Shown: piece after piece, positions 26,138 through 27,687 of the stretch
Layout of the letters: every line of letters begins with the position of its first letter
How positions within the stretch are numbered: the first letter of the stretch is position 1
Source of the DNA: Nitrospirales bacterium
Lineage (GTDB): Bacteria; Nitrospirota; Nitrospiria; Nitrospirales; Nitrospiraceae
Direction: 5' to 3'
Assembly (NCBI GenBank): GCA_038200685.1
Contig: JBBRRN010000001.1
Location: 1-27,687, forward strand
DNA length: 27,687 bases
The notes under the pieces: model-generated
What the model saw: the letters and a program-made list of their open reading frames with translations, nothing else
What the model was told of the DNA's origin: nothing
Databases searched by the model: none
Program-made: the position numbers and the translations under genes

Positions 26138-27457
26138 TCATAGACTATTTTCCCGTGTGGCAAGCCGTGGAATATCAGCTATTCCGTTAGTAGTACGGTC
26201 ATCCTCGAACCCCATCGATAGAATTTCAGATTGTTGACAGCTAAACAACAGGCCGGCACCTGATGAGCGCAGAGGCTGTTCCTTAACTGCTACTGGGCTG
26301 ATTGCGACATGCCCCACTCCCTGCGCGTAATAAAAAGGACGCTCATAACTTGACAGCCCTACGATGAATTGAATGTCGCAGGCAGCTAATGGCAGACCAC
26401 AACTAAACTCCACGCAATACCGGCCAGCCCCCAAGTCTTTCGACTTGGACCAATATGTGATAAGCGGCACCGAATCGAGCGACATCAAGCCGACTGCTGC
26501 TATTACGTGAGGGACGGGGCAAGACAATTCAAACTCCATCACAATGCTCCATGGTTCTCCCAACCGAAACTGCGCTTGAGAGGCTCCATACTGATTCAAG
26601 AAGCGCAAGACATGCCCTACTCCGGGGGCCTCAGGTAAACCAGGAGGCAAAGCCACCACTGCAGTAAGCTCGGACGCATTCTTCCGCAAGTAATGGGCGA
26701 TTACCTCCTCTGTGGGTCCCACCTTCTCGAGGCTCCCAGACTCGAGTAAGAGCGTTCGATTACAGAGGTTGCGCACTGCGGCCAAGTTATGACTGACAAA
26801 CACGACGGTCCGCCCTTGTTTAGCAACAGCTCCCATTCTCCCAAGGCATTTCTGCTGGAATGCTGCGTCCCCTACCGCCAACACTTCATCAAGCAGAAGA
26901 ATCTCAGGCTCCAGATGGGCAGCTACAGCGAACGCCAAACGTATATACATCCCACTTGAGTAATACTTCACCGGGGTATCAATGAACTTCCCCACTTCTG
27001 AGAACGCCACGATTTCATCAAATCTTCTCCTGATCTCCGCTTTGTTAATTTCCAAGATCGCACCATTGAGATAGACATTTTCACGCCCCGTCAATTCAGG
27101 GTGAAATCCAGTTCCCACTTCTAGAAGAGACCCTACACGCCCATTGATATCCGCTTCTCCCGTTGTCGGCTCAGTGATTCCAGAGAGAATTTTCAGCAAG
27201 GTGCTTTTCCCGGATCCATTTCGACCAATCACTCCAAGGACTTCGCCTCGCTCGACACGAAACGAGACATCCTTGAGAGCCCAAAACATTTCGGTTTGGC
27301 TATCAGTGCTTCCCGCGCGATGTCTCCCTTGAAACTTCTTGAAAAATTGGACACATCCATTAGCCAGCTGTTCGCGGAATCCGCTATAACGAGCCTGGGA
27401 TGCTCCAATTTGGTATTGTTTGCCCAGTCCCTCAACTCGAATCGCAGTATCAGCCAT
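26138..27457 (-). CDS. wzt: Polysaccharide ABC transporter ATP-binding protein with C-terminal Wzt_C-like domain
   Basis: Walker A GRNGSGKST, EVGTGFHPELTGREN, signature YSSGM, Walker B LLLDE and H-loop VSH, plus a ~170 aa C-terminal extension rich in predicted beta-strands. Confidence 0.96.
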   Translation of the reverse strand: MADTAIRVEGLGKQYQIGASQARYSGFREQLANGCVQFFKKFQGRHRAGSTDSQTEMFWALKDVSFRVERGEVLGVIGRNGSGKSTLLKILSGITEPTTGEADINGRVGSLLEVGTGFHPELTGRENVYLNGAILEINKAEIRRRFDEIVAFSEVGKFIDTPVKYYSSGMYIRLAFAVAAHLEPEILLLDEVLAVGDAAFQQKCLGRMGAVAKQGRTVVFVSHNLAAVRNLCNRTLLLESGSLEKVGPTEEVIAHYLRKNASELTAVVALPPGLPEAPGVGHVLRFLNQYGASQAQFRLGEPWSIVMEFELSCPVPHVIAAVGLMSLDSVPLITYWSKSKDLGAGRYCVEFSCGLPLAACDIQFIVGLSSYERPFYYAQGVGHVAISPVAVKEQPLRSSGAGLLFSCQQSEILSMGFEDDRTTNGIADIPRLATRENSL

Positions 27458-27460
27458 CGT

Positions 27461-27687
27461 TCACACCATGTCTGCAAACGTCCGCTCTGCGCGGCGGAAA
27501 AAATAAGCACCGGAAAATAACAACACCAACGTCACTGCGGCTGACATCAGCACGAGTGGCCCTGGAGCATTACCGGTGCCCAATAACGCCCAGCGAAAGC
27601 CTTCGACCACGCCGACCATCGGGTTGATAGCGTACGGCATGCGCCACGATTCCGGCACAAGGCTACTGGGATACACCACCGGAGTTG
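27461..27687 (-). CDS. wzm: Polysaccharide ABC transporter permease, C-terminal part (5'-truncated at window edge)
   Basis: The frame is open to the edge: TPVVYP..., INPM..VVEGFR and terminal F-R-E-FADMV are Wzm motifs; directly upstream of wzt. Confidence 0.92.
   Translation of the reverse strand, partial: TPVVYPSSLVPESWRMPYAINPMVGVVEGFRWALLGTGNAPGPLVLMSAAVTLVLLFSGAYFFRRAERTFADMV

Larger units (their letters stand above)
1567..27687 (-). other. ABC-transporter-dependent surface polysaccharide (O-antigen-like) gene cluster
   Basis: All genes are co-directional with many stop/start overlaps; WecA, Wzm/Wzt and GTs are present; no Wzx, Wzy, Wzz or ligase in the window. Confidence 0.9.

Overview
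The whole 27.7 kb window is one co-directional (minus-strand) surface-polysaccharide biosynthesis locus of the ABC-transporter-dependent type, open at both edges. In transcription order: wzm (partial), wzt (with a C-terminal extension), FkbM methyltransferase (MT), two class I MTs, GT2, SDR epimerase/dehydratase, GT4, MT, a CgeB-like GT broken by one in-frame TAA, GT2, GT4, CgeB-like GT, a ~400 nt spacer, two MTs, an atypical SDR (NxxxK), a DegT-family aminotransferase, a GT-A-like protein, FkbM MT, GT2, GT4, WecA-like initiating transferase, a flavoprotein resembling eukaryotic-type UDP-galactopyranose mutase, GT4, a second DegT aminotransferase, a decayed trypsin-like (HtrA-type) protease relic, and an acyltransferase-3 gene that runs off the edge and is missing from the ORF track. 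Tally: 10 GT-like genes (one interrupted) plus WecA, 7 SAM-dependent MTs, 2 SDRs, 2 aminotransferases. I saw no rRNA, tRNA, CRISPR array or mobile element. All plus-strand ORFs look like antisense shadows. Family calls come from motifs read by eye and reference sequences recalled from memory; no database search was run. Host taxonomy cannot be fixed from this window.
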